A stretch of DNA of 63,983 nt, counting the filler, from Pirum gemmata (taxonomy: Eukaryota), in the NCBI GenBank assembly GCA_002812295.1. It is 29 parts of 29 records of this genome, joined end to end, with 100 filler letters (N's around TTAATTAATTAA, not from the genome) between each part and the next. Parts side by side here need not be neighbours in the genome. Positions count along the whole stretch, not along the records: positions 1 to 1,963 come from PDIN01009819.1; positions 2,064 to 4,009 come from PDIN01009820.1; positions 4,110 to 6,040 come from PDIN01009821.1; positions 6,141 to 9,241 come from PDIN01009822.1; positions 9,342 to 11,276 come from PDIN01009823.1; positions 11,377 to 13,338 come from PDIN01009824.1; 23 more parts are not named here. One strand, written 5' to 3'. The notes beneath the pieces were generated by a model that had not been told where the DNA came from, did not search any database, and saw nothing but the letters and a program-made list of their open reading frames with translations. Positions 1-12,280 of this stretch are shown here, piece after piece; position 1 is the stretch's first letter, and each line of letters begins with the position of its first letter. A program made the translations under genes and the position numbers.

Positions 1-183
1 ATAACTATAACTCTAACTATACCTGTAACTATAACTATAACTATAACTATAACTATAACTATAACTATAAACTATAACTATAACTATAACTATATCTAAA
101 GTAAATATAACTATATAGCTATAACCATATAACTATTAATATAAATACTAATCAACAATAATCATAAATTTTGTTAATTTTAG

Positions 184-389
184 GTATAGCTAATTGTTTG
201 GATGATGAATTTGTGGATAATGATTTAAAAACATGTCATAAATGTAATTCTTGTCATCATGATTCTATTGTCATTGATAGTTGCTTGCCTGAATATGATG
301 CAGTGTGCTCTAATGCAACTATGGCTGTATATATTGAAGGTAACTGTGATAAAGATACCCAAGCTCAAGTTTCTTCAAATACATTTAAG
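184..389 (+). CDS. Internal exon with a TNFR/NGFR-type cysteine-rich repeat
   Basis: ttttAG acceptor and GTaatg donor; CLDDEFVDNDLKTCHKCNSCHHDSIVIDSCLPEYDAVC has C-x12-C-x2-C-x2-C-x9-C-x7-C spacing ending in DxxC. Confidence 0.6.
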
Positions 390-629
390 GTAATGAAAAA
401 TGAAAAATGAATAATGAATAATAATAATTAGTAGTAGTAGTAGTACGTGGTGGTAGTAGTAGTAGTAGTAGTGGTGGTGGTGGTGGGGGGGTAGTAATGA
501 ATAATAAATAATAATTAGTAGTAGTAGTGGTGGTAGTAGTAGTGGAGGTGGTGGGGGGTAGCAGTGGTAGTGGTAGTGGTAGTAATGGCAGTAGTGGCAG
601 TAATAGTAGTAAGAGTAATAATAATAATA

Positions 630-680
<51 letters not shown>

Positions 681-784
681 GATAAATAATATTAACAAAT
701 AATAAAAAATAATGAAAAATACTAATAAATACTAATAAATGATAGTAAATGATAGTAATAATAAACGGGTTTTTAAAATAATAC

Positions 785-1098
785 TTTAAAAATTTACTGA
801 AAGATGGGCTTTCACCGTTGTTTCCAAATATTTCGTCTTCTTGATTCTGCCCAGCTTTACATAATAAAACTCCGAATTTGTAAGTTAGATCATGGGCTAT
901 AGGTGATTCGGTTTCTAATAAAACTTTAGTAGCTAGCTCATCATTAATATGATAAAATTGCTTATTATTCCAGCTGGGTAATATACAAGTGGCTATGATT
1001 TCTGGATACAAAAAGATGTTACCGTTATCTGGAGCTTCGTCTACAGGTTCAAAAGTGGCCTTACAGATTGGGAATGGGTTTTTGAAAATAGATTGCAA
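785..1098 (-). CDS. Rap/Ran-GAP domain exon or fragment
   Basis: YKFGVLLCKAGQNQEDEIFGNNGESPSFSKFL matches the start of the RapGAP domain (KFGVIY..GQ..EEE.F.N...SPAF.EFL); GT donor at 784-783; 5' boundary uncertain. Confidence 0.7.
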
Positions 1099-1454
1099 AT
1101 AAGTTATGGTGAGGCGTAAACGACAATAAGGATTATGGTTAGGCTACAGGTTAAAAAGTGGCCTTATATATTGGGAATGGGTGTTTGAAAATAAATTGCA
1201 AACGAGTTATATTAGCGTTATAACTAGATAATGGAGTAGCTTTAATTAAGGGTTAGTGATACAGAATGCATTAGTTGCTGAGTTCTTATGTAAATAATTT
1301 AGGGTTGGTAATAAAAAAATCGTATATGATAGATAATTGAAAGGGTAAGGGTTACAATGCAAATACCAGTTTTGATAAAAAGATAGTATTAGCATAATAT
1401 TCAGAGTAATAAAAATAGTTTACTATCACCCCAATAAAATAACCATAATCATCA

Positions 1455-1945
1455 GTACAACCATATCCATAACGACAACCACAACCATAACCATAACCAT
1501 AACCATAACCATAACCATAACCATAACCATAACCATAACCATAACCATAACCATAACCATAGATATAACCATAACCATAACCATAACCATAACCATAACT
1601 CTACCATAACCATAACCATAACCATAAAAATAACCATAACCATAACCATAACCATAACCACAATTATAACCATAGCCATAGCCTTAACTATAAACACAAC
1701 CATAGCCATAACCATAAACATAACCATACCCATAACCATAAACATAAACATAACCATAACCATAATCATAACCATAACCATAATCATAACCCTAACCCTA
1801 ACCCATAAACATAAACATAACCATAACCATAACCATAACCATAACCATAACCATAACCATAACCATAACCATAACCACAATTATAACCCTAACTCTAACG
1901 CTAACTCTAACGCTAACGCTAACCTCCAACTCTAACTCTAACCCC
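1455..1945. repeat. (ACCATA)n hexamer array with in-phase variants, including ACCCTA and ACTCTA
   Basis: Read directly from the sequence. Confidence 0.95.
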
Positions 1946-2063
1946 CCTAAGAATGACAACGTGNNNNNNNNNNNNNNNNNNNNNNNNNNNNNNNNNNNNN
2001 NNNNNNNTTAATTAATTAANNNNNNNNNNNNNNNNNNNNNNNNNNNNNNNNNNNNNNNNNNNN

Positions 2064-3966
2064 TAATAATAATAATAATAGCTGTAACAATAGTATCAAC
2101 AACAACAACAAAAGCAATTATAATTATGAAAATAATAATAATAGTATTAGTAGTAATGGTATTAATAATAATAACTGCAACAATTATGACAATGAAAACG
2201 AAAACAATAAGAATAATAACAATCACACTAATAATGACGATAATGATGATAACATTAACAAAAGTATCATTAATAGTAATATCATTAGCAATAGCAATAC
2301 TATTAGTAACATTTGCAACAACAATAACAATAACAAGAAAATAAATAATGACATTGACATTGACAATAATAATAGTAATAACAATAACAATAAATTTGAT
2401 AATAATGGTAACAGTAACAATAATAAGAAAGTTAACAAGAACACACATAATGATAATTATAATAACAGCAGTATTAATAGCAACAATAACAACAATAACA
2501 TCAATAGCATCAATAACAAAAATAACAAAAATAACAAAAATAATAACAATAACAACAATAACAACAATAACAACAATAACAACAATAACAACAATAACAA
2601 CAATAACAACAATAACAACAATAGTAATAATAATAATAAAAATAAAAATAATAAAAATAATAAAAATAAACAGAGTAACGACAATAAAGACAGTAACAAT
2701 ATTAACAATAACAACAATACTATTAGTAATAATGATAATAGTAATAGTAATATTAATAGTAGTAGTAGTCNNNNCAACAATAACAACAATAACAACAATA
2801 ACAACAATAACAACAATAACAACAATAACAACAATAACAACAATAACAACAATAACAACAATAACAACAATAACAACAATAGTAATAATAATAATAAAAA
2901 TAAAAATAATAAAAATAATAAAAATAAACAGAGTAACGACAATAAAGACAGTAACAATATTAACAATAACAACAATACTATTAGTAATAATGATAATAGT
3001 AATAGTAATATTAATAGTAGTAGTAGTCCACATGGTAAGAAAAATGATGAAAATAGCATAAGCGGCAAAAATACGAAAACCACAATTAAGAAAGAAGATG
3101 TTGCACAAAAAGAAAATGACCTTAAATATAATGAAAGTATCAAAAAACAAGATATTAAAAAGAGTGAGAATTTGTTTGATAGTTATACTATAAAAAAAGA
3201 ACAATCAACAATCCCCTCACCAAGTAAAACTCTTACCAAACAAGAGGAAAATGACAATATAAGAAGAAAACGTGCACACTTAGCCTCTGAAAAGAAAAGA
3301 AGAAACAATTTGAAAGATGCTTTTGAAGAGCTTAAAACCACTCTCCCTGTATGTCGCAATTTTCCCAATGCTAAAAATAGTAAAGAAAGTGTTTTACGAA
3401 GAGCTGTTGAATATATTCGTTATTTATTAAAAGAACGCTCTGCCATGCAAGCAGAAATAAAAGCCCTAAAAGAAACAGTTAGGAAAAAGGGGGTAAATGC
3501 AAATGAAAGTTGTCTAATGGTTGAAACTGATAAGTCTAGCGAAGGAAATGCCAAGGTAAAAAATGAACAATTCCAAGAAGCTAGTAAAGAGGATGAAAAC
3601 AAAATTGAAACTGATGATGTAGAAGGTTTACCTGCAGGCGCAAAAACATTGGTACTGTTAGGGCTATTTGATGCTTTGTTCGACGAATATTCAGAACACG
3701 TAAAAACGACAAGTCCTGAAGATTTTAGCGTTTCCCTGTATACATTTTTTCAACAATACTGTCAAGCCGCACATCTTAGAGAAACGTTTACAAAAGCTTT
3801 AGCAAGTATGGCAGTTAATTTTCATCCTACCACGGATGGCTCTTCTTGTCGGATACGAAAATGGGTAGATTCGTTACATGCCTGTAATGTGGGGGGTTTC
3901 GATGAACCATCTTCGGGGAGAATTAGGGGAATACTTTCATCAGTTTCAAAACATTTTACTTCCTGA
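2064..3966 (+). CDS. Mlx/Mondo-family bHLH-leucine zipper transcription factor with a C-terminal DCD domain; Asn-rich N-terminal part is open toward the contig start (5' partial)
   Basis: Basic-HLH-Zip RRKRAHLASEKKRRNNLKDAFEELKTTLP...SKESVLRRAVEYIRYL; LFDALFDEYSEHVKTTSPEDFSVSLYTFFQQYCQAAHLRETF resembles the Mlx DCD (MDSLFQSF...SW.EEHC...LRE); the frame continues upstream of 3172. Confidence 0.8.
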
Positions 3967-4111
3967 TATATAAATGATGTACTTTTAAAATATTAAAAAT
4001 ATTAAAAATNNNNNNNNNNNNNNNNNNNNNNNNNNNNNNNNNNNNNNNNNNNNTTAATTAATTAANNNNNNNNNNNNNNNNNNNNNNNNNNNNNNNNNNN
4101 NNNNNNNNNAT

Positions 4112-4142
<31 letters not shown>

Positions 4143-4457
4143 TACAGCACACAACATGCAGCACACAACATATAGCACACAACATACAGCACACAACAAC
4201 AGCAACAGCAACAAAAGAACAACACAAGAACAACAACAACAGCATCAACTTCGATCTATGATAATTAAACATGAATTATGATATGTACTAGAAGTCTGGG
4301 TTATTATGATAGCAGTAGGTGTAATAAATATAGTTTAGACTATCAGTGTTATTTACCAGCATCTTTAAAATATCAGCGTAATCATTTAGACAGGTCTACT
4401 TTTTTTTTTTTTTTAAAATACTTTTTTTTTTTTTAAAAAATAAAGTTTTTAATATTC

Positions 4458-4496
<39 letters not shown>

Positions 4497-4640
4497 NNNN
4501 NNNNNNNNNNNNNNNNNNNNNNNNNNNNNNNNNNNNNNNNNNNNNNNNNNNNNNNNNNNNNNNNNNNNNNNNNNNNNNNNNNNNNNNNNNNNNNNNNNNN
4601 NNNNNNNNNNNNNNNNNNNNNNNNNNNNNNNNNNNNNNNN

Positions 4641-4810
4641 TTAATTAAATAAGTTCGAAAATTTTAAGCTAACAATTAAGTATTCAAGTATATTTATTTA
4701 TTTATAAACCCGAAAAAATGGAAAAAATAATTTTCGAACAAGGCTGAATTTCAGCCTTTTTTTTTCGACAGCAGAAATTCGAGTTTTCGGGCTCGAGCAG
4801 AATGGGGTGA
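4641..4810 (+). mobile_element. MITE family A copy, 5' end lost in an N gap
   Basis: Near-identical to 5128-5296. Confidence 0.85.
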
Positions 4811-4884
4811 GGCCATACCACAAAGTCTGAAACAAACTGGGCTCAGGGGGGCCTGAGTGGCCTGCGACCAATAAATGTTTGCAG

Positions 4885-5884
4885 CGAATGTTTGACAGGA
4901 ATTATTTGATAGGTTTGAAACTGTGTTCCCAATTTTTTTTCCATATTTGGTTTTCACTATATTGTTTGATATTTTTATTGGATAATAACCAAAAATAAAT
5001 AACCATAAAAACTTAGTTAAAAAATTGCATTTTAGCCAAAGAAAAGTTTTTTTCGGACTTGTTGTTGCTGAGCATCTCCCAATTCTGCTTTGTGTTTTAA
5101 AAAAATCGAGTTTTCGAGCCTATGCATTAATTAAATAAGTTCGAAAATTTTAAGCTAACAGTTAAAAGTATTCAAGTATATTTATTTATTTATAAACCCG
5201 AAAAAATGGAAAAAATAATTCTCGAACAAGGCTGAATTTCAGCTTTTTTTTTCGACAGCAGAAATTCGAGTTTTCGGGCTCGAGCAGAATGGGGAGAGCA
5301 GAAATTCGAGTTTTCGGGCTCGAGCAGAATGGGGAGAGGCTATACCGCAAAGTCTAAAACAAACTGGGCTGCAAACCTGCACTGCAAACCTGCATGGAGA
5401 GGCTATACCGCAAAGTCCGAAACAAACTGGGCTGCAAACCTCCACTGCAAACCTGCATGAATGTTTGTAGCGAATGTTTGACAGTTGAAACTTGACAGGA
5501 ACTAGCAATCATTTTGTAAATTTATTTATGTTTGATTTTTTTGTAAGTGAAATGTAAATGTGAGAAATTATGATATGGAATACAGTGATTGATTGTTATA
5601 GTGACAAGGTTAAATATTTTTAAGTTAAGGACATGATTGTTAATTTATAAATTTAGTCAGTTGATTTAGTTGGTTTTACTATAATAATTAATAACGAATT
5701 TTTAAAAATGAATGTTTGTAGCGAATGTTTGACAGTTGGCAGGAACTGTGTTCCGATTTTCTTCCATATTTGGTTTTCGCATGTTTGATATTTTTATTGG
5801 ATAATAACCTAAAACAAATAACCATAAAAACTTAGTTTTTTAACTGCATTTTGACCAAAGAAAACTTTTTTTCGGACTTGTTGC
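4885..5884 (+). repeat. Direct duplication of ~180 bp (4885-5064 and 5711-5884), plus three copies of GAGGCTATACCGCAAAGTC.GAAACAAACTGGGCT in the same contig
   Basis: Aligned by eye. Confidence 0.75.
5076..5296 (+). mobile_element. MITE family A, full length (~220 bp), TIR CTCCC(A/C)ATTCTGCT
   Basis: 14-bp terminal inverted repeats; seven copies or fragments in unrelated contigs of this window. Confidence 0.9.
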
Positions 5885-6875
5885 CAAGTTTCATAACTGT
5901 TTATTGGTCAAATGAAAAATGGAAAAGTTCACCCCTAGCTAGCTAGCTAGAAGTTCCCCTATGCAGTGCGCAGCTGTACGCTAAGTAAAAAAAAAAAAAA
6001 AGAAAACAAGAAAAGCACTGAATAATATAGTAATATAATANNNNNNNNNNNNNNNNNNNNNNNNNNNNNNNNNNNNNNNNNNNNTTAATTAATTAANNNN
6101 NNNNNNNNNNNNNNNNNNNNNNNNNNNNNNNNNNNNNNNNTTATTATATGGATACTATAATATTATTATTATATATCATTATTATATATTATTATTATCA
6201 TTTTAATTATTATCATATTATTAATTATATACCATATTAATATTAATATTACTATATCATATCTGATAGTATAATTATTATATTAATATAAGGACGTCTA
6301 AGAAAAAAGGAGGTCATTTTATAAAAGGCATGTCTTTAATTGTGCCTAAAACTCTTTTAATTATATTTAGGGCATAAAAATTGTATTTAGGGCACAATTA
6401 AAATTTGCCTTTTATAGACCACGGTTGTATTTTATAGACAATGGTTCCGGTTGCGGTTGCGGTTGCGGTTGCGGTTGCGGTTGTGCTACCCGTGTGGTTG
6501 TGGGCCTTGTGGCAAAGAAAAAAATACCGCTATCGAATAATAAAATGATAAAAAGTAGTTAAAAAGTTCTGTTTATCTATCTGGTTCTCATCTAGCTAGA
6601 GCTAGCTAGGTCTTTATATGAAACAATTGGCAGTAGACCGGTATACCGCAATTTTTCGTGAACTTTTTTTTTTTGTGCTCTTGTAAGTAGACTAGCTAGT
6701 GCTAACTGTAGTGCTCTTGTTTTGTTTTATAGTTTGTTATATTACATAGTCTATAGACTGTCTATAGTAATAGATAAAAATATGTGCTCTTTTTTTTTCC
6801 TTCTATTTTTTTTGTTTGTAAAACATAAAAAACAAAAATTTTATTATAAGTTTTTTATTTTTCTGTAATTCAATC

Positions 6876-7211
6876 ATGTCTGGTGGTAGTAGAATGAGAG
6901 TGGGTTCGGGTAATCGAAAAAAAGTAACTGTTAATTTTAAAGATAGAGAACAAAATGCATTGATAAAGTATATAAATGACTATGGAGAAGAGGAATATGA
7001 AAATTTAAAAAATGAATGGAATAAAATTGGTGACGGCAGTTTAAATGGAAAAACTAGAGACGGCATGATACTTACTATGTTAACTCAAGGTCACTCTAGT
7101 GTGACAATAAGAGCTGTTTTAGGGTGTGGGATATCGAGGATCACTAAAGTCAGAAAAAAGAGTGAAAATCCTGAATATAACCAGCAACCGTATACCGGTC
7201 TACCGCCATTC
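6876..7211 (+). CDS. ORF or first exon with a probable helix-turn-helix (transposase-like DNA-binding region)
   Basis: RDGMILTMLTQGHSSVTIRAVLGCGISRITKVRKK fits an HTH pattern; then runs into a microsatellite or intron. Confidence 0.4.
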
Positions 7212-7260
7212 GTTTATTCTTTATTTTTTATTATTATTATCATTAGTGTTAATTCTAATT

Positions 7261-7291
<31 letters not shown>

Positions 7292-7308
7292 TTATTATTA
7301 TCATTAGT

Positions 7309-7394
7309 AAAATAAATATACTTGAATACTTTTAGCTGTTAGCTTAAATTTTTCGAACTTATTTAATTAATGCATAGGCTCGAAAACTCGATTT
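7309..7394 (-). mobile_element. MITE family A internal fragment
   Basis: Reverse complement of about 5103-5190. Confidence 0.85.
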
Positions 7395-7395
7395 N

Positions 7396-9241
7396 TGCCA
7401 TATATTTCTCTTGCATATTTAAGGTTATTATTTTGCAAGGCCCTCAATATAAGTTCCCCAAAACTGAATCTATCTCTCGCGTTATAACTACCAAGCGTAG
7501 TTAGTTGCTTAAATTGTGATAATAGTCGCCCAAAAGGATTTAACGCTGGTACAGGACGTTGTGGTGGTGAGTTTGGTTTGAAAACACCTATACCTATTCC
7601 TTTGTTTTTATTATTAAAACTAAAAGGAAGGTAGGTGTCAGGACTTAAATCAGTACCATCTAAATAATCAGACACAACATTAATTTCTTGAAGGTCAAAT
7701 TCATGATCATCCTTGTTATTTCTGTCCTTATTGTTACTATTGGTGTGGTTGGGTTCGTGGTAATCTATTGTTTCTTGATCAACTCGTAAGTTTCTCGTTT
7801 GTGAGTTGGTAGCATCAAACAACCGGAAAAGTTGAGGTAAAGATAGTGTTGCTTCGATTGATGATTCGCCGAACGGTAAGTTTTGGTTACCATGCTGTTC
7901 TCGTTGTTGCGGTTGTTGTTCTTGTAGTTTTTTGTTGTGGTTGTGGTTGTGGTTGTTGTTTTCTTGATTATTGTGGCGTTGGGTTTTGTACCCAATTGAA
8001 CCGTTTCTACTAATATCTGGTAAATAAAAACGATTCAAACCATTTAAAGTAGAAGAAGTGGTGTTGGTGTTGGTGTTGGTGGTGGTGGTGTTGGTGTTGG
8101 TGGTGGTGTTGTTGTTGGTGGTGGTGGTGGTGTTGGTGGTGTTGTTGTTGTTGGTGGTAGTGTTACAAGTTGTGCTGTTTTCCATGTTATCATTATCGTC
8201 GAATAGTTTTCTACTTATAGTTACATCTATATTATCAAAATCATCAGTTTCAGTATAACAGTTTTCTATTAAACCCAACTCTTCCCTTGTTTGTGGATTT
8301 AAATCTTTTTTGTCTGGGATAGTTTTGCGTAACAAATCAATGACACCCACAAGGATAGAAGAAAAGTGGGCTTCTTGTTCAACGCTGTAGTTGTCGGGAC
8401 TATTATTAATACTATTACTATTTGCAATACTAGTAAGATTGCTATTACTGTTACTGTTGCTATTATTATAACTACTTGTCATATTATTACGACTACGATT
8501 ACTGTATGCACCTTTTTTGTCTGGGATACTCTTGCGTAATGAATCTATGATGCCTAAAAGGATAGAAGAAAAGTAGGCTTCTTGTTCAACTCTGTAGGTG
8601 CTATCAGATGTACCCTTAGAATCATCAACAATGACATTTCTATTACTATTACTATTTGAAATGCTATTACAATTACTGTTACTGTTATTATTATTATAAC
8701 TACTTACCATATTGTTACGAATACGATTAGGATTACTGCTGTTACTGTGAGATGTGCGCTTAGAATCATCAACATTGAAATTACTATTACCATTACTATT
8801 ATTATTTGCAAAACTATTACGATTGCTATTACTGTTACTGTTGATATTGTTATTATAACTACTTCTCATATTATTACGATTACGATTACTGTTTGCATCT
8901 TTTTTGTCTGGGATATTTTTGCGTAACAAATCTATGATACCTAAAAGGATAAAAGAAAAGTAGGCTTCTTGTTCAACGCTGTAGGTGCTATTGCCGGGTG
9001 TACGCATGGAAACATCAACATTGAGATTTCTATTACTATTACTATTACTAGTTACAATACTATAACGATTGCTATTACTGTTACTGTTGCTATTATTATA
9101 ACTACTTGTCATATTATTACGATAACCATTACTGTTACTATTGGTATTGTCACTATTGCAATATTTATTACTATTACTATTACCAATAGAAATATTATCA
9201 CTATTACTAAAACTGTTACTATTATTATTACTATTATTATT
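7396..9241 (-). CDS. Asn/Ser-rich orphan protein with three copies of a ~30-aa helical repeat; 5' partial, 3' end abuts an N and a MITE A fragment
   Basis: Over 600 open codons including non-repetitive stretches; repeat YSVEQEAYFSSILLGIIDLLRKxIPDKKD. Confidence 0.65.
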
Positions 9242-9564
9242 NNNNNNNNNNNNNNNNNNNNNNNNNNNNNNNNNNNNNNNNNNNNTTAATTAATTAANNN
9301 NNNNNNNNNNNNNNNNNNNNNNNNNNNNNNNNNNNNNNNNNATTTTGGTTGAAAAAAACAAAAATCGAAAAAAAAAAAAACGAAAAAAAAAATACCAGTA
9401 TACCAGCGCTGTATATTTTTTATATATTCGTAAATCGAAAACAAAAATCAGTCAAAAATCCTAGAAAAAAATTCCTGTTTTCGAGTACTGTTTTTGTTAG
9501 ACTATCTGTTTTTAGTAATAGAAACTATCAATTTTGGAAAAAAGAACTCAAACCTATACTGTAA

Positions 9565-9703
9565 AGGACGTGACCTAATCTTACCTATGCCTCTTAGTCC
9601 GAAACACTTTTGGTCATAATTTTAAAGTTCATTTTTATAATTAATTACTGCCTAAAACAGTTTAAGTCATACTTTCGGGCAATGACTTCTATCAAAGAAC
9701 TTA
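9565..9703 (+). mobile_element. MITE family E copy, 3' end degenerate
   Basis: Matches 21782-21938 and the reverse complement of 36325-36472. Confidence 0.8.
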
Positions 9704-9946
9704 CTGCTGGTAACAGTAGACTGCTATTGATACTAGCTAGCTACCTATGATACGGTATTGATACATTGATTGATACCTACTCGTGTTCCAAGTCCCAACT
9801 CCATTATTTCAGCTTGGGCGAGAGCATCTAGTTTTTTTTTTAATTTTTTTTTATCATTATTTGTATTATTATTATTATTACTGTTATTATTATATAGCCT
9901 ATATATATATAAAAATATATTTTATTATTATTATTATTATGAAGAA

Positions 9947-9986
<40 letters not shown>

Positions 9987-10723
9987 GCTATTATTATTAT
10001 CTAGTCTAATAAATATTTGGATAGAATAACAAGTGAATAATAGAGGAAGGGTGACACCCGTCCAATATAATTTTCCGCTGCGGCTGCGGCTTACTACTTA
10101 TAGTACAAAATAAGCTATTTAAAGTAATTTAAGATAAGATACTATACTGGTAATAAAATATTCTAAAAAAAGAAAATTATTTTACTATTACAATTTTCTT
10201 AATTGGGAAGCCGTAAATGGCTACAGGTTGCGAAATTAGTATATTTACTTGTAAGACTCTTATACCGGTAGGTCACCCCTCCTATAATAATAGTTCTACA
10301 ATACTTCAGAGTATTACTTCTACAATAGTCTAGGCTGTCTAGCTTCTACAATACTTCTTAAAAATTCTACAATGCTCTTTTGAAAAGGAACTTTTTTCTG
10401 GAACTTTTTGAGTGCTTTCAAAATGCTTTTTGAAGTTTTTTTTGGAATCAGTATAAACACATAACCACTTTTTTGGTAAGGAACTGAGTCAAGAACATGT
10501 CAAAGAGTCAGGGTCAGCACTGGGCCAGCCAGCCTACTAGCTAGTAGACTAGACTAGCAGGGCCAGCTTCAAGCCTGGAAAGCTCAAGGCGAGAAGAGAG
10601 CTTCAAAGTACTACTTAGTTAGAAGCTCTACTAGACTAGCTTTTTTTTTTTTTCTTCTATGTATCAATATCATATCATAATATTATGCTATGTATGTATG
10701 CATTATCATAACATCATATCGAA

Positions 10724-10785
10724 GGGAGTGTTCAAATAGTGTTCGAACTTCGAATACTACGTAACGCCAATTTCCTGTCAAATAC
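10724..10785 (-). mobile_element. MITE family D terminal fragment
   Basis: GGGAGTGTTCAAATA...ACTACGTAACGCCAATTTCC.GTCAAATAC is the reverse complement of the family D end. Confidence 0.65.
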
Positions 10786-10923
10786 TTTATAATATAATAA
10801 ATGAATGTTCTCTTAGTAGACTTAGTCATCATAGATTCATGTAAAACAAAATTTAGCTAGACTAGTATGGTAGGAGCCAGGGAACAAAATCAGTTGAAAT
10901 ATTTTTATTATTATTATTATTAT

Positions 10924-10968
<45 letters not shown>

Positions 10969-11012
10969 GTTGTTGTTTGATTTTATTATTTGCTTTTTAT
11001 TTTGAAACAAAA

Positions 11013-11102
11013 ATGCCACCTAAAAAAAAAGGAGCTGAAGCCGAAGAACCTAAAGGTGCTGTTAGGTTTGGACGAGCAAGAAATACTTTGAAGTTTGGTT
11101 TG
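11013..11102 (+). CDS. OLA1: Obg-like ATPase 1 (YchF family), first coding exon
   Basis: MPPKKKGAEAEEPKGAVRFGRARNTLKFGL|gt resembles the OLA1 N-terminus (MPPKK...GRFGTSLKIGIVGLPN). Confidence 0.75.
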
Positions 11103-11479
11103 GTATTGATTATTTTTATTTTTTTTTTTATCGTTGCTGCTGCTGCTGTTGTTGTTGCTGCTGTTATTGTTGTTGTTGTTATTGTTGTTATTTTTGTTGT
11201 TGTTGTTGTTGTTGTTGTTTTTTTTGTTTTTGTTTGTTTTTGTTTTTGTTTGTTGTTGTTGTTGTTGTTGTTGTTGNNNNNNNNNNNNNNNNNNNNNNNN
11301 NNNNNNNNNNNNNNNNNNNNTTAATTAATTAANNNNNNNNNNNNNNNNNNNNNNNNNNNNNNNNNNNNNNNNNNNNTTAGAAATATTTTTTTGATTTTAC
11401 TTTTATAATTTATATTTTTGGTATTCTAATTCTAATTCTGGAAATATAAATCTAATTCTGGAAAATAAATCTAATTTTA

Positions 11480-12280
11480 TATTTTTGAAATCTTTTTATA
11501 ATTTTAGTTTTACAATTTATATTTTTGGTAACTTTTCATTATTTTAGTTTTATAATTTATTATTTTAGTTTTATAATTTATATTTTGGAAACTTTTTATT
11601 ATTTTAATTGTACAATTTATATTTTTGGAAACCTTTTTTTATTTTAGATTTATAATTTATTTTTTTGGAAACTTTTTTTCATATTAGTTTTATTTTTGAA
11701 AACTTTTTTTATTTTATATAGTTTCATAATTTATATTTTTTGGAAACTTTTTATTATTTTAGTTTTATAATTTATATTTTTGGAAACATTTTTTATATTT
11801 TAGTTTGAAAATTTATATTTTTGGTATTATTTTAGTTTTATAATTTATATTTTTGGAAACTTATTATTATTTTAGTTTTATAATTTGAAAACTTTTTATT
11901 TTATTATTTTAGTTTTGAAACTTTTTTTTATTTTAGTTTTGAAACTTTTTTTTATTTTAGTTTTATAATTTATATTTTTGGAAACTTTTTTTTTATTTTA
12001 GTTTTGTAATTTATATTTATGGAAACTTTTTTTTTATTTTAGTTTTATAATTTACATTTTTGGTATTCTAATTCTAATTCTGGAAATATTAATCTAATGC
12101 TGGAAATATTAATCTAATTCTGGAAATATAAATGCAATTCTGGAAATAGAAATGTAATTCTAGAAGTAATTCTGAAAATATTCTAGTATTCTAAGTTAAA
12201 TTTTTGTATTTTTTTTTTATTTTAGTTTTATAATTTATATTTTTGGAAACTTTTTATTACTTTAGTTTTATAATTCATAT
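11480..12280. repeat. AT-rich minisatellite, unit ~40-45 bp (TTATTTTAGTTTTATAATTTATATTTTTGGAAACTTTT)
   Basis: More than 10 degenerate tandem units. Confidence 0.9.

Noticed and set aside
1452..1880. Low-complexity ORFs in the track (poly-LW, MV, GY, I, L; also at 18783, 22683, 32710, 52033, 60131)
   Set aside because: Stop-free translations of microsatellites, several of them inside introns defined by flanking exons
2008..2019. Recurrent TTAATTAATTAA palindrome every ~2 kb
   Set aside because: Always centred in N runs; it is an artificial contig linker, so the periodicity and cross-linker gene neighbourhoods are not biological
2545..3028. Exact ~230-bp duplication inside the Asn-rich region of the bHLH gene
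   Set aside because: The identical copies meet at a 4-N gap, typical of an unmerged scaffold overlap
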